Assembly: GCA_963532115.1 (NCBI GenBank) | Contig: CAUSJG010000002.1 | Span: 12,550-76,549 of the forward strand | DNA from: an uncultured Candidatus Saccharimonas sp. | GTDB taxonomy: Bacteria > Patescibacteriota > Saccharimonadia > Saccharimonadales > Saccharimonadaceae | Direction: 5' to 3' | DNA: 64,000 bases | Shown: in pieces, positions 1 through 10,803 of the stretch | Numbering within the stretch: position 1 is the first letter of the stretch | Layout of the letters: each line of letters starts with the position of its first letter | Notes under the pieces: generated by a model | Database searches by the model: none | What the model saw: the letters and a program-made list of their open reading frames with translations, nothing else | What the model was told of the DNA's origin: nothing | Program-made: the position numbers and the translations under genes

Positions 1-721
1 GCCAAAAATCGGGCAAAGTCATTGCATCACGCGCGTCAAGACCAGCCATAATACGCATCACAAGTTCACTTTCTTTAGCAGTTTTTGCAAAAACACCAAC
101 CGTATCAGTTGAAGAAGCCATAGCCACCACACCAAATCGCGAAATTGTACCATAAGTTGGTTTTACGCCATAGACGCCATTAAAGCTAGCTGGCTGGCGA
201 ATTGAACCGCCAGTATCAGTTCCAAGCGCAAAAGGCACGATGTCAAGCGCAGTAATTACCGCCGAACCGCCAGATGAGCCACCTGCAACCCGAGTTTCAT
301 CAACTGAGTTTTTAGTTACACCAAAAGCTGAGTTCTCGGTTGAACCACCGTGAGCAAAAGCGTCCAAGTTTGATTTTCCAATACAAATCGCACCAGCTTT
401 TTCAAGTTTTTCAACCACAGTCGCTTGAATCGGTGTTTCGAAATCTTTCAACATTTTACTTGAAGCTGTTGAAGGTGAACCAAATACCAAAAAATTATCC
501 TTCGCCACAAAAGGAACGCCTGCAAGCTCACCAACTTCTTCACCTTTTGAAATCTTATCATCAATTTCTTGTGCTCGCGCTAAAGCTCGCTCTTCGGTCA
601 AACTCGTAAAAGCATTAAATTTTTCAGCATTTTTCGCTTTCGAAATAGCTTCTTTAATAAACTCAACTGCAGTTTTCTTTCCAGATAGAACTTGTTCTCT
701 AATTTCAAAAATATTTGTCAT
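1..721 (-). CDS. gatA: Glu-tRNA(Gln)/Asp-tRNA(Asn) amidotransferase subunit A, first ~240 codons (gene continues beyond window start)
   Basis: Not in the ORF track because it runs off the edge. My translation from ATG 721-719 gives MTNIFEIREQVLSGKK...GVPFVAKDNF and the amidase signature VAGGSSGGSAV (about nt 250-290). GGAGA RBS; gatC ends 7 nt upstream. Confidence 0.9.
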   Translation of the reverse strand, partial: MTNIFEIREQVLSGKKTAVEFIKEAISKAKNAEKFNAFTSLTEERALARAQEIDDKISKGEEVGELAGVPFVAKDNFLVFGSPSTASSKMLKDFETPIQATVVEKLEKAGAICIGKSNLDAFAHGGSTENSAFGVTKNSVDETRVAGGSSGGSAVITALDIVPFALGTDTGGSIRQPASFNGVYGVKPTYGTISRFGVVAMASSTDTVGVFAKTAKESELVMRIMAGLDARDAMTLPDFW

Positions 722-728
722 AATTCTC

Positions 729-1022
729 CTACAAAACCTTTGGAACTTTTACCTGATTATCTTCAACATTTTCACCCGCCAACTTTAAAAGTTCATCTCG
801 TTTCACGCCATAATCATCAATTTTATCTTCTCGCCAAACATTTTGATTTTTCGAAACCGAATAAGTTGACTCAACACCATCCGTGTTTAATTCGCTAAGT
901 TGCTCGATATATTCAACAATATTTCCCAAATCAGTTTGAAGATTCGAAATTTCTTCTTCACTTAGCGAAATGCTCGAAAGTTCTGCCAAGTGTTTAACTT
1001 CATCTTTTGATATTTTTTCCAT
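729..1022 (-). CDS. gatC: amidotransferase subunit C
   Basis: ORF 729-1106 trimmed to ATG 1022 (MEKISKDEVKHLAELSSISLSEEEISNL...). 97 aa, GatC-like sequence and position directly upstream of gatA. Confidence 0.85.
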   Translation of the reverse strand: MEKISKDEVKHLAELSSISLSEEEISNLQTDLGNIVEYIEQLSELNTDGVESTYSVSKNQNVWREDKIDDYGVKRDELLKLAGENVEDNQVKVPKVL

Positions 1023-1092
1023 ACACTTAAGTATATCACTTTTCGAAAGATTTTTAAAGTAAAAAACTTCCAAAAAATGGAAGCCTTTAAGT

Positions 1093-1302
1093 TTATTTTT
1101 TCTCAAGTTTTTCGATTCGTTGATTTAGCTTATTTATTAAATTCATTTGAGCGACATTAATTTCACCCGAAGTCTCAATATCGTTATTAATTCTTTGGTA
1201 AAGAAAAATTATTACAACCGAAAGAGCTAAACTCCAAACAACAAACAGAATAGCTGCAACTATCTTAAGGAAACTCTTGTATTTTTTACTAATAAATTTC
1301 AT
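1093..1302 (-). CDS. small membrane protein, unknown function
   Basis: Trimmed to ATG 1302 (MKFISKKYKSFLKIVAAILFVVWSLALSVVIIFLY...). One hydrophobic helix followed by a charged tail. The longer form would overlap uvrB. Confidence 0.45.
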   Translation of the reverse strand: MKFISKKYKSFLKIVAAILFVVWSLALSVVIIFLYQRINNDIETSGEINVAQMNLINKLNQRIEKLEKK

Positions 1303-1309
1303 AAATCTA

Positions 1310-3286
1310 CTATTTCGCCATCTTCTTTCGAATCTCCGCAATCTGATCTCGTAAATCTGCTGCTTCTTCAAAAAGCAAATTTGCACTGGCAAGATTCATT
1401 TGATTCGTCAAATCTCGCACCAAATGCTCCCATTCTTCACGTGGAATTTTTCGCAAATCTAATTTTGGTTTTTTATCTTTTTGCGGAATAATCGCACGCA
1501 AACCTTCACCAATCTCACTAGCCACACTTTTTGGCGTAATTCTATTTTCGAAATTATATTTTTGTTGAATCTCTCGCCGCCGATTAGTTTCATCAATTGC
1601 GATCTTCATTGAGCGTGTAATTTTATCAGCATACATAATCACCTTGCCATCCTCATGCCGAGCCGCACGCCCAATTGTTTGAATCAACGCACTTTCTGAG
1701 CGCAAAAAGCCTTCTTTATCGGCGTCCATAATTGCTACCATTGAAACTTCTGGCAAGTCCAAGCCTTCACGCAAAAGGTTAATTCCTACCAAAACATCAT
1801 AAACCCCACTGCGCAAATCACGCAAAATATCACCACGCTCCAACGTGTCAATTTCGCTATGAATGTATGCTGTTTTCACACCATTTTCTTCTAAAAATCC
1901 GCTCAGATCTTCTGCCATCCGCTTGGTTAAAGTTGTCACCAAAACGCGCTGATTTTTCGAAATTCGCTCTCGAATTTCTTCCATTAGATCATCAACTTGA
2001 CCTTCGATTTTTCGAACTTCAATTTTAGGGTCAAGCAAGCCCGTTGGGCGAATAACCTGCTGAGCTGGTTTTGGCGAATGTTCAAGTTCGAAATCACCAG
2101 GAGTCGCCGAAACATAAATCGCTTGATTGATATGCTTATAGAATTCTTCGAAAGTTAGCGGACGATTATCGAGAGCTGATGGCAAACGAAAGCCATTATC
2201 CACTAAAACTGTTTTGCGCGCACGGTCACCATTAAACATTCCGCGAACTTGTGGTAAAGTCATATGCGATTCATCAACTAAAAGCAAAAAATCATCAGGA
2301 AAATAATCTAGTAAGGTTGCCGGCTGCTCACCAGCTGAACGCTCAGTTAAATAGCGCGTGTAATTTTCGATACCTTTAACAAAACCAGTTTCACGGAGCA
2401 TTTCAAGATCATATTTAGTGCGCTGTGTTAGGCGTTGAGCTTCCAAAAACTTCTTATTCTTTTCGAAATATTCGTGGCGTGCGTAAAATTCTTTTTCAAT
2501 TTGTGGAATCGCTCGATCAATAATTTCCTTTGGCGTAGCATAATGTGAATTTGGAAAAATATCAAAAAACTGTGGCTTTTCTAGAATTTCGCCCGTAAGT
2601 GGATTTAATATAATCAAGCGGTCAATTTCATCGCCAAAAAATTCCACTCGCACTGCCAAGTCTGAGCCAGCTGTAAAAATATCAACCGTGTCGCCACGAA
2701 CCCGAAAAGCTCCGCGTGCAAAATCTACATCATTTCGCTCATATTGAATATCTTTCAAATGTCGCAAAAACTTCTCGCGATTATATCGCATTCCAGGCTT
2801 AATATGAAGCGCCATTTGCATATAACTCGCCGGCGAACCGATACCATAAATACAACTCACACTCGAAACAATAATTGTGTCACTTCGAGTTAAAAGCGCC
2901 TCGGTTGCTGCGTGGCGGAGTTTTTCGATTTCTTCATTGATTCGTGAGTCTTTTTCAATATAAGTGTCAGTGCTCGCGATATAAGCCTCTGGCTGATAAT
3001 AATCAAAATAGCTCACAAAATAATGAACTTCATTTTCAGGAAAAAACTTTTTAAATTCACTGTAAAGCTGTGCGGCAAGAGTTTTATTATGCGCCAAAAT
3101 TAAAGTTGGCTTTTGAACTGCTTGAATAATATTCGCCATTGTAAAAGTTTTTCCCGAACCAGTTACACCAAGCAAAGTTTGTTCACGCTCACCATTTTTT
3201 AAGCCTTCAACTAGTTGCGAAATTGCTTGTGGCTGATCTCCAGTAGGCTGGTATTTTGATTTTAACTTAAACTCGCGATATTTCAT
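1310..3286 (-). CDS. uvrB: excinuclease ABC subunit B
   Basis: 658 aa; Walker A GVTGSGKT, helicase motifs, C-terminal UVR motif ([15 protein letters not shown]). Confidence 0.97.
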   Translation of the reverse strand: MKYREFKLKSKYQPTGDQPQAISQLVEGLKNGEREQTLLGVTGSGKTFTMANIIQAVQKPTLILAHNKTLAAQLYSEFKKFFPENEVHYFVSYFDYYQPEAYIASTDTYIEKDSRINEEIEKLRHAATEALLTRSDTIIVSSVSCIYGIGSPASYMQMALHIKPGMRYNREKFLRHLKDIQYERNDVDFARGAFRVRGDTVDIFTAGSDLAVRVEFFGDEIDRLIILNPLTGEILEKPQFFDIFPNSHYATPKEIIDRAIPQIEKEFYARHEYFEKNKKFLEAQRLTQRTKYDLEMLRETGFVKGIENYTRYLTERSAGEQPATLLDYFPDDFLLLVDESHMTLPQVRGMFNGDRARKTVLVDNGFRLPSALDNRPLTFEEFYKHINQAIYVSATPGDFELEHSPKPAQQVIRPTGLLDPKIEVRKIEGQVDDLMEEIRERISKNQRVLVTTLTKRMAEDLSGFLEENGVKTAYIHSEIDTLERGDILRDLRSGVYDVLVGINLLREGLDLPEVSMVAIMDADKEGFLRSESALIQTIGRAARHEDGKVIMYADKITRSMKIAIDETNRRREIQQKYNFENRITPKSVASEIGEGLRAIIPQKDKKPKLDLRKIPREEWEHLVRDLTNQMNLASANLLFEEAADLRDQIAEIRKKMAK

Positions 3287-3327
3287 TATTTATATTTTAT
3301 AATATTTTTGGATAGAATGCAAGAAAG

Positions 3328-3846
3328 CTAAATATCTAAGCAGTAGTAATGGCCTCCTTGCGTAGTACTTCCATCTCCAGATTCTAATCTAAAAGTAACA
3401 GCCGCATGACCTTCTTTCACATCATGATAAATATAGCCTTCATCCTCGGCACATCTCGATCCTTTATGTATACGAACTTGAGTTTTACCATGATAAGTCT
3501 TAATATGGTATTCAAACTTAGCTTTTCTGTTTTTTGTATCCATATTACCGTAGATTGCACTATCAATAGATATATCATATTCATCACCATCAGGATCTCG
3601 TATATCTTGCCTGATATACGGTTTGATACTTTCAAAAGACTCTGGCATCCTTCCTTTATTTGCCGATCGATAATTTTGTATAGCTCCAGCAATTTCACCC
3701 ATATCTCTTTTTCTTTGTTCATTTCTCTGTGAGCGTTGCAAAACTGGCAGCCCAAGAAATATCATTATAAATATTAATCCAGCAATTGCAAGAACTAAAA
3801 CAACTTCAATAATCGTAAAACCCCGATAAAGATTATGCTTTTTCAT
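3328..3846 (-). CDS. type IV pilin-like protein (prepilin-type N-terminus)
   Basis: Trimmed to ATG 3846: MKKHNLYRGFTIIEVVLVLAIAGLIF. This is a G/FTxxE cleavage-methylation motif plus a hydrophobic helix. Confidence 0.85.
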   Translation of the reverse strand: MKKHNLYRGFTIIEVVLVLAIAGLIFIMIFLGLPVLQRSQRNEQRKRDMGEIAGAIQNYRSANKGRMPESFESIKPYIRQDIRDPDGDEYDISIDSAIYGNMDTKNRKAKFEYHIKTYHGKTQVRIHKGSRCAEDEGYIYHDVKEGHAAVTFRLESGDGSTTQGGHYYCLDI

Positions 3847-3882
3847 ATCTTGATTATAGCATCTCTCACTACAAGAAGTCAA
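3844..3882 (-). promoter_or_regulatory. sigma70-type promoter abutting the pilin start codon (leaderless-type)
   Basis: Minus strand reads TTGACT-18 nt-TGCTATAAT-caagat-ATG. No Shine-Dalgarno is possible in the 6-nt gap. Confidence 0.6.
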
Positions 3883-3886
3883 GCTT

Positions 3887-3908
3887 AAAAACCGCCCAAA
3901 TTGAGCGG
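3887..3908 (-). terminator. intrinsic terminator, member of a conserved terminator repeat
   Basis: Minus strand CCGCUCAAUUUGGGCGG + UUUUU directly after the LOG-like gene. Near-identical copies at 16765-16792 and 20953-20980. Confidence 0.7.
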
Positions 3909-3914
3909 TTGGCC

Positions 3915-4523
3915 TTATCCATTTCCAGCGCGCTTTTCTGAAAGATGTTCGTCATCTCGTGGCGCAATAAAATCTGCATTTTTTTCATCTAGCCTTGCGA
4001 TCACTTTTCGAACGAGCCGCTCAGGGTTATTATCATAAATTATATCTTTCGTGCCCGGAGCTTCAACATTTTGCAAAAGTGTTGGAACATAATCTGCTAA
4101 AGCAGTACTTCCAAGCAAAACACCACAAACCTTGCGAGATTCTAAAGCAGTTGCAAGCTCATGAAGCGAGCCCATTCGACCACCAACCGTAATCACCGCA
4201 TCACTCGAAAGCACTAAATGCGTATCACGCCCAACATAGCTCATTCCCGTAAAATTAATATAATCAAAAGGCTTAAACGGTAATTTATAAGTATTTACAT
4301 GCTGCCGAAAACTTGAAGCGGGCGAAAAACCAATACTTAATCCGGTTCGCCCCTTAACGCTTACTGCACCCAAAGCTGCGTGGTGCGGTATGCCAACCGT
4401 TGCGCCAGTTGTTAGAATTTTTCCCTGCCGAACAATCTCTTGCCCGAGCCTAAAAGCTAAATCTCGTGAAGCTAAAACACTATCACCTGTTGCAGCTCCC
4501 GAAACACAAATTTGATATCTCAT
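3915..4523 (-). CDS. LOG/TIGR00725-like Rossmann-fold protein (possible nucleotide phosphoribohydrolase)
   Basis: 202 aa with a glycine-rich core (ICVSGAATG...TTGATVGIPHHAALGA...VITVGGRMGSLHEL), typical of the lysine-decarboxylase-like/LOG superfamily. Confidence 0.65.
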   Translation of the reverse strand: MRYQICVSGAATGDSVLASRDLAFRLGQEIVRQGKILTTGATVGIPHHAALGAVSVKGRTGLSIGFSPASSFRQHVNTYKLPFKPFDYINFTGMSYVGRDTHLVLSSDAVITVGGRMGSLHELATALESRKVCGVLLGSTALADYVPTLLQNVEAPGTKDIIYDNNPERLVRKVIARLDEKNADFIAPRDDEHLSEKRAGNG

Positions 4524-4533
4524 TCTTCTCCTT

Positions 4534-4986
4534 TTAAAATAATTTTTCTTCTATTTGCTTGATTGAATAATTTGAAAATTCCTGCTGATATTTTTCAAGA
4601 ATTTGCTGTTTTAATTCTTTTTCGAAAAAAGTTTTTGAATGCTCAGCCAAGTTCATTATTCTTTTATTTTTTTCAACATCTTTTTTGTTTGCTGAGACCA
4701 AACCATCTTCTGCGAAAAATATTGCATTGCCAAATTCAGCCCAAAAACCTTCATCATTCAGATGATTAACTAAAGCCGAAAAAGCTTCAATCATCAAAAT
4801 ACTATCGCCAGAAAACCCCAGCCTTCTCTCAATATTATGCGATTTTCGATACAACTCCGCCATAATTTGAGCTGAAACACTCTTTAACTCTGGTTTTTTA
4901 GCTTCTATTTTCGAAACACCAAAATCAAATTTTCTTGCATAAGCACCGCTCAATCCGAGCAATTCCGAGAGTCTATAACTTCTCAT
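4534..4986 (-). CDS. hypothetical protein
   Basis: 150-aa ORF. Overlaps the upstream PfkB gene by 4 nt and lies 10 nt from the LOG-like gene, so it appears operonic. No motif recognised. Confidence 0.6.
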   Translation of the reverse strand: MRSYRLSELLGLSGAYARKFDFGVSKIEAKKPELKSVSAQIMAELYRKSHNIERRLGFSGDSILMIEAFSALVNHLNDEGFWAEFGNAIFFAEDGLVSANKKDVEKNKRIMNLAEHSKTFFEKELKQQILEKYQQEFSNYSIKQIEEKLF

Positions 4987-5951
4987 AACTGAATCTCCTG
5001 CATTGGCATTGAATGAAGCTTTGCATTCTTATGCAAAATCCCTTTTTTTGCACCCATATATTGAATTACTGATGTTGAATTTGCGCTGGCGAATAAAATA
5101 CTTTCTTTAATATCAGCACCCTGAGCCCACTGGCTCACAAAGCCTGAACCAAATGCATCACCAGCACCAGTCCTATCTAGCGATGGCACATCTTCATACA
5201 TTCCGGCACGAATAATTTTGTCATCAGAAGCCGCCCAAACACCATTCGCTCCATCTGTTAAAATTGCAACTTCCACAAAACTACAAGCATTTCGAACCAG
5301 CTCTTCAGCAGAAACTCCCTCAAAAATTAAACTTGCTTCCTCTTTATTTACAATTAAAATTTCAACATCTTGAAGTAGGGTTCGAACTTTTTCAGGATCT
5401 TGGAGTTCTTTTTTACCGGGGTTCCATGCTATTTTTGCACCCTTTTTTATAGCTTCTTTAAAAATTTTTAGAAGCGCATCAAATCTACCAGCTAAGTTCG
5501 AAACATAAATCCAATCAAATTCACCATATTTTAATTCAAAATTTTCAGCGTAAATATGTTCCGAGGCGCCACGATAAGTTAAAATCGTTCGTTCACCATT
5601 TGGTGCCAAAATAATAGTTGAATAATCTGTGTTAAATCTTTTCGAAAATTCAACACGCGAAGTATCAATAGATTCTTCATCAAGCATTTTTAAAATTTGT
5701 TCACCCGAAGAGTCTTCTCCAACCACACCCATAAAACTTGAAATCAAACCTTGCCTCGCAAAAGTTGTTGCAGCATTAGTGGCACCACCACCACTCGAAA
5801 TCTCAATATTTTGAATATCAATTTTCGAACCGAGCTGAAATTCAACTACATCTTGGTTTTCTGCCATTGAAATCAAACGAAATTCAGGCGAATTGCTCAA
5901 AAAAACATCCTGAGTAGCCGCTCCAATTGAAAGAATTTTTGGCAAATTCAC
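4983..5951 (-). CDS. PfkB-family carbohydrate/nucleoside kinase
   Basis: 322 aa; ribokinase-like motifs GGGATNAA and DRTGAGDAFGSGF. Confidence 0.85.
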   Translation of the reverse strand: MNLPKILSIGAATQDVFLSNSPEFRLISMAENQDVVEFQLGSKIDIQNIEISSGGGATNAATTFARQGLISSFMGVVGEDSSGEQILKMLDEESIDTSRVEFSKRFNTDYSTIILAPNGERTILTYRGASEHIYAENFELKYGEFDWIYVSNLAGRFDALLKIFKEAIKKGAKIAWNPGKKELQDPEKVRTLLQDVEILIVNKEEASLIFEGVSAEELVRNACSFVEVAILTDGANGVWAASDDKIIRAGMYEDVPSLDRTGAGDAFGSGFVSQWAQGADIKESILFASANSTSVIQYMGAKKGILHKNAKLHSMPMQEIQL

Positions 5952-5953
5952 TT

Positions 5954-6601
5954 TTAAATTGCCCCTTTTCGGTTAAGCTCAGCTTCCATTTGCTTATAGC
6001 TTTGTTCAGGATTTTGTGAATTCATAATTGCCGAACCAACATTCATAACGTCAACACCAGATTGTGCTAAATTGAAAATATTCGAAAGATTAGCTCCGCC
6101 ATCCCAGCCAATCTCAACATTACTGTTAATCTTTTTAATTAAGCGAATCTTCTCGAGTTGCATCATACTTGCATGACCGCCCATTTCGCCTAAATTTCCA
6201 CTAAAAATCAAAATATGCTCAGCCGCCTGAATTGCGGGCGCGACAGTTTCTGGAACAGTTGAACGAAGTAAAGCTAAACCAGGTTTAATCATCGTTTCGT
6301 TTTTAAGCCTTTCGAAAATTGGCACTAAGTCTTCCTCAACTTCAGCATGAAAAATCACCATATTTGGATTAAGCTGAATAATTGTATCAATATGTTCGCT
6401 TGGGCGAGCAACCATCATATGAATATCAACCTTCCACTCTTGAGGCCACCAAATTTGCGTTTCAGGCAATGTTAAATTAGGCGCAAAATTGCCATCTGTT
6501 ACATCAATATGAACTCTTTCCGCAAAAGGAAAGATTGCCTCAACTTGAGCTTTATATTCATCTGGATTGGTTGCTAAAATTGCTGGTGTTATTATCGACA
6601 T
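5954..6601 (-). CDS. rpe: ribulose-phosphate 3-epimerase-like protein (divergent)
   Basis: 215 aa. The motifs HIDVTDGNFAPNLT, DIHMMV, FHAE, GWDGGANL and NVGSAI align with RPE family motifs. Confidence 0.7.
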   Translation of the reverse strand: MSIITPAILATNPDEYKAQVEAIFPFAERVHIDVTDGNFAPNLTLPETQIWWPQEWKVDIHMMVARPSEHIDTIIQLNPNMVIFHAEVEEDLVPIFERLKNETMIKPGLALLRSTVPETVAPAIQAAEHILIFSGNLGEMGGHASMMQLEKIRLIKKINSNVEIGWDGGANLSNIFNLAQSGVDVMNVGSAIMNSQNPEQSYKQMEAELNRKGAI

Positions 6602-7057
6602 CTATACCTCATCAATCTGTTTATTTCTTCTTACAAATCTTGGAGCGGCTGCAAACGGAGTTTTTAGCCAAACATCAACTGTTTCTTTCCACTTAGCTTC
6701 AGCTTCATCTTTATCAAAAACGCGGGCTGGTAAACAAATTATATTACTATCATTGTCATTGCGAGTCCATTTAGCTTCTTCCGGCTCCCAGACAACAGAT
6801 GCACGAATGCCTTTAAAACGATTCGCCGCCATTCCCATTCCTTGAGCGCCACCACAAATCAAAATTGCTCTTGGATCATATTTTTCATTGGCTCGTATTT
6901 TCGAAACTGCCACGCGAGCGAACTCAGGAAAATCATCATTCGGGTCATATTCAAAACCGCCGATATCTTCTACATCATATCCGCCCTCTTTTAAGTATTT
7001 AAAAACTTTCTCTTTTAAGTAAAAACCTCTGTGGTCTGCGCCAAGAAAAATCTTCAT
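6602..7057 (-). CDS. rpiB: ribose-5-phosphate isomerase B (RpiB/LacAB family)
   Basis: 151 aa; MKIFLGADHRGFYLKEKV...ILICGGAQGMGMAANR. Confidence 0.9.
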   Translation of the reverse strand: MKIFLGADHRGFYLKEKVFKYLKEGGYDVEDIGGFEYDPNDDFPEFARVAVSKIRANEKYDPRAILICGGAQGMGMAANRFKGIRASVVWEPEEAKWTRNDNDSNIICLPARVFDKDEAEAKWKETVDVWLKTPFAAAPRFVRRNKQIDEV

Positions 7058-7065
7058 TTTACTCC

Positions 7066-8109
<1,044 letters not shown>

Positions 8110-8147
8110 TTAGCATAAACGCTTTCAAAAATCCAGATTTAAAATCG

Positions 8148-8176
8148 TTGACTTTTGATTAAGCTTATGCTAGTAT
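8148..8176 (+). promoter_or_regulatory. sigma70-type promoter
   Basis: TTGACT-17 nt-TAGTAT. Drives a ~130-nt leader that contains a terminator-like hairpin (8270-8296) before the 8314 ORF. Confidence 0.5.
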
Positions 8177-8313
8177 TGTTGTGTCGATATAAAAATCAGC
8201 AAATAGTAAATTTCAAAAAGAATTTTCGAATAAAAATCAAAAAAATATTTTAGAAGCTACGATAGTCCTGAGTAAGACTTAAAATTACTCATTTTTAACA
8301 TAAAGGAGAATAT

Positions 8314-8505
8314 ATGAAAAAGCCACAAAGTAAAAAAGATATTGTAATTATTTCATCAATAATGTTAGCTTTTATATGGTTAACTATATTAACTGGATTA
8401 TTTATTTGGCACTACAAAGGCTCTGAAGAAAATTATTGGAATACAATGGTTGAAGTACATAGTAATAGAGATAAAATAATAAAACTTGAAGAAAAAAATA
8501 AGTAA
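8314..8505 (+). CDS. small membrane protein, unknown function
   Basis: 63 aa; AAAGGAGA RBS 7 nt upstream; one TM helix (IVIISSIMLAFIWLTILTGLFIW). Confidence 0.6.
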   Translation: MKKPQSKKDIVIISSIMLAFIWLTILTGLFIWHYKGSEENYWNTMVEVHSNRDKIIKLEEKNK

Positions 8506-8515
8506 AAATCTTTAG

Positions 8516-8550
8516 CAAAAAAGACATTCGCCCGAATGTCTTTTTATTTT
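8516..8550. terminator. bidirectional intrinsic terminator
   Basis: AAAAAGACATTCG-CCC-GAATGTCTTTTTATTTT, between convergent genes. Confidence 0.8.
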
Positions 8551-8552
8551 TT

Positions 8553-10109
8553 CTATTTCTCGTTGGATTTTCTTGCTTTAATTGCCTCTGCATTTTTAAT
8601 CGGCTCTAAATCACCCCTTTGGCGAAGTTGTGAACGGAGCTTAATCCTTGCGTGCGAAGTTTTCACTAATTCCAGCCAATCAATTTTTGGCTCAGAATTT
8701 TTTCGTGTTAAAACCTCAACAACATCACCTTTTTCAAGCGGCTTATCAAAAGCGTGGATTTTCTCATTAACCCGAAAAGCATAAGCATGTTTACCAATAT
8801 CGCTATGCACCATATAAGCAAAATCAAGCGGCAATGCGCCTTCTGGTAGATTATAAATATCACCCTTTGGCGAATAAACAAAAATTCTATCGCCAAAAAT
8901 ATCAATCTGAAGCTGCTCTGGGTCAATTTCCTCACCATCTCTTAAGCGTTGTGCTACATCTTGTAGTTGAACAATCCATTGTAATTCGTTCGAAAGCCCG
9001 CCATTGCCTTTAACTTCACTCCGCTTTTTCGAAGTAGCTCCAGAAATGTAATCTTTACTCGATTTCTGTTCATGATAATGAAAACTCGCCGCCAAGCCGC
9101 GCTCGGCAAATTCATGCATATCACGAGTTCGAATTTGGAACTCTGCAATCAGTTTAGAAGGAGTAATCACTGTTGTGTGAAGTGATTGATAGCCATTCGG
9201 CTTTGGCATTGAAATATAATCTTTAATTCGTTCAATCATTGGTTTATAAATCGAATGCAAAACCCCCAAAACACGATAACAATCATCTTTCGAATTCACA
9301 ATAATCCGCAAAGCCATTAAATCATAAACTCGGTCAATATCACCTTTTGTCTTTTTTAATTTTTTATGAAGCGAATAAACACTTTTTACGCGGCCAGAAA
9401 TTTCAAAATCCAAACCAGCCTTTTTCAATTCTTGCTCAACTTCTTCTCGAACTTTTCCTAGTTTTCGTGTACTTTTGCCAAGGCGCTTTCGAATTTCATT
9501 TTCAAGCCGTTTATATTCTTTTGGGTTTAAATACAAAAAAGCTTGCTCTTCCATCTGCATTCGAACTCGCCCCATTCCCAAGCGATCGGCGATTCTTGCG
9601 AAAACGTCCAAAGTTTCACGAGCGATTTTTTGCTGTTTTTCGGGCGACATATATTGCAAAGTTTGAACATTATGCAATCTATCAGCCAACTTAATAATCA
9701 CCACTCGCACATCTTGCCCAACAGCAATCAACAATTTCGAAAGATTGTCTTTAGTTTGAGGCAAATAAGTTTCAAGATTTCCCATTCCAGCACGTGCTTT
9801 ACCAACTTTAGTTACACCGTCAACCAAAAACGCAATATCGTCATCAAAATTTTCAGCAATTTCATCAAGGGGGGTTTCAGTGTCTTCAACGACATCATGC
9901 AAAACACCAGCAACAACTGTGTCGATATCCATTCCCCATTCAACCAAAAAGCTAGCCACTTTTAATGGGTGCGTTATATATTCTTCACCAGATTTTCGCA
10001 TCTGTCCTTTATGTTTTTCGGTTGCAAATTCAATTGCTTTTTCTAGTCTTTTTATATCTTCCGCCGAATAAAACGGTTTTGCAATTCTCAAGAGTTCTGC
10101 CTTTTCCAT
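8553..10109 (-). CDS. rel: bifunctional (p)ppGpp synthetase/hydrolase (RelA/SpoT homologue)
   Basis: 518 aa; HD hydrolase motifs (HPLKVA, HDVVEDT), RelA/SpoT synthetase region and a TGS-like C-terminus. Confidence 0.93.
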   Translation of the reverse strand: MEKAELLRIAKPFYSAEDIKRLEKAIEFATEKHKGQMRKSGEEYITHPLKVASFLVEWGMDIDTVVAGVLHDVVEDTETPLDEIAENFDDDIAFLVDGVTKVGKARAGMGNLETYLPQTKDNLSKLLIAVGQDVRVVIIKLADRLHNVQTLQYMSPEKQQKIARETLDVFARIADRLGMGRVRMQMEEQAFLYLNPKEYKRLENEIRKRLGKSTRKLGKVREEVEQELKKAGLDFEISGRVKSVYSLHKKLKKTKGDIDRVYDLMALRIIVNSKDDCYRVLGVLHSIYKPMIERIKDYISMPKPNGYQSLHTTVITPSKLIAEFQIRTRDMHEFAERGLAASFHYHEQKSSKDYISGATSKKRSEVKGNGGLSNELQWIVQLQDVAQRLRDGEEIDPEQLQIDIFGDRIFVYSPKGDIYNLPEGALPLDFAYMVHSDIGKHAYAFRVNEKIHAFDKPLEKGDVVEVLTRKNSEPKIDWLELVKTSHARIKLRSQLRQRGDLEPIKNAEAIKARKSNEK

Positions 10110-10173
10110 ATATTAATTATACACTTTTTTTGATAAAAATAAAGCTTTTCCATTTTTTAGCAGAATTTCACTA

Positions 10174-10201
10174 AATAAAAACTGAGTTTTTTCACTCAGT
10201 T
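10174..10201 (-). terminator. intrinsic terminator after ppa
   Basis: Minus strand AACUGAGU-GAAAAA-ACUCAGUU followed by UUUAUUU. Confidence 0.7.
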
Positions 10202-10217
10202 TCCAATTTATTTATAA

Positions 10218-10748
10218 CTATTTTTCATTCCAGCGAACAATCGATTCTGCAATAACTTCTTTTGCTTCTTCTATGTCGCCAAATTTCTCAACTTTTGTTG
10301 TACCAGCTTTTTTCAAATCTTTGTAGTGATTAAAGTGAAATTCAATCTGTTTAATAAGTTGTTCTGGTAAATCAGCCAAAGTTTTATAAGCGTTTCCAGT
10401 ATCGCGGTCGTCGGCAGGAACGGCAATAATTTTGTCGTCAACTTCTCCATCATCAACGAATTTCATTACACCCAAGATTCGTGCTTCTAGGAAAATTCCA
10501 GTTGTAAGTGGATCATTTGTGATAAGTAGAACATCAAGTTCATCACCATCTTCATCCAAAGTTTGCGGAATAAAACCATAATTAGTTGGCTTCGCAAAAG
10601 CTTTTGGTTCCACACGATCAAGTTGCATTACAGCCAAATCACGATTCCATTCAATTTTATGAGTTGAGTCAGTTGGAATTTCCACCACAACATTAATAAT
10701 TCCATTTTTATAATCACCAGGAGTTAAAATTTTATTAAAATCTGCCAT
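10218..10748 (-). CDS. ppa: inorganic pyrophosphatase (family I)
   Basis: Trimmed to ATG 10748 (MADFNKILTPGD...) with an AAGGAAA RBS. Conserved motifs: DGDELDVLL and DDKIIAVP. Confidence 0.92.
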   Translation of the reverse strand: MADFNKILTPGDYKNGIINVVVEIPTDSTHKIEWNRDLAVMQLDRVEPKAFAKPTNYGFIPQTLDEDGDELDVLLITNDPLTTGIFLEARILGVMKFVDDGEVDDKIIAVPADDRDTGNAYKTLADLPEQLIKQIEFHFNHYKDLKKAGTTKVEKFGDIEEAKEVIAESIVRWNEK

Positions 10749-10803
10749 ATTTTCCTTTCTTTTATTCTTTAATTTTAGCAAAAAAACTTTAAAAGTTCAA
10801 CTG

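Noticed and set aside
340-898. Plus-strand ORFs 340-609 and 692-898 in the ORF track.
   Set aside because: They are antisense to the clearly recognisable gatA and gatC genes. Their sequences are low-complexity with no RBS, so they are shadow ORFs.
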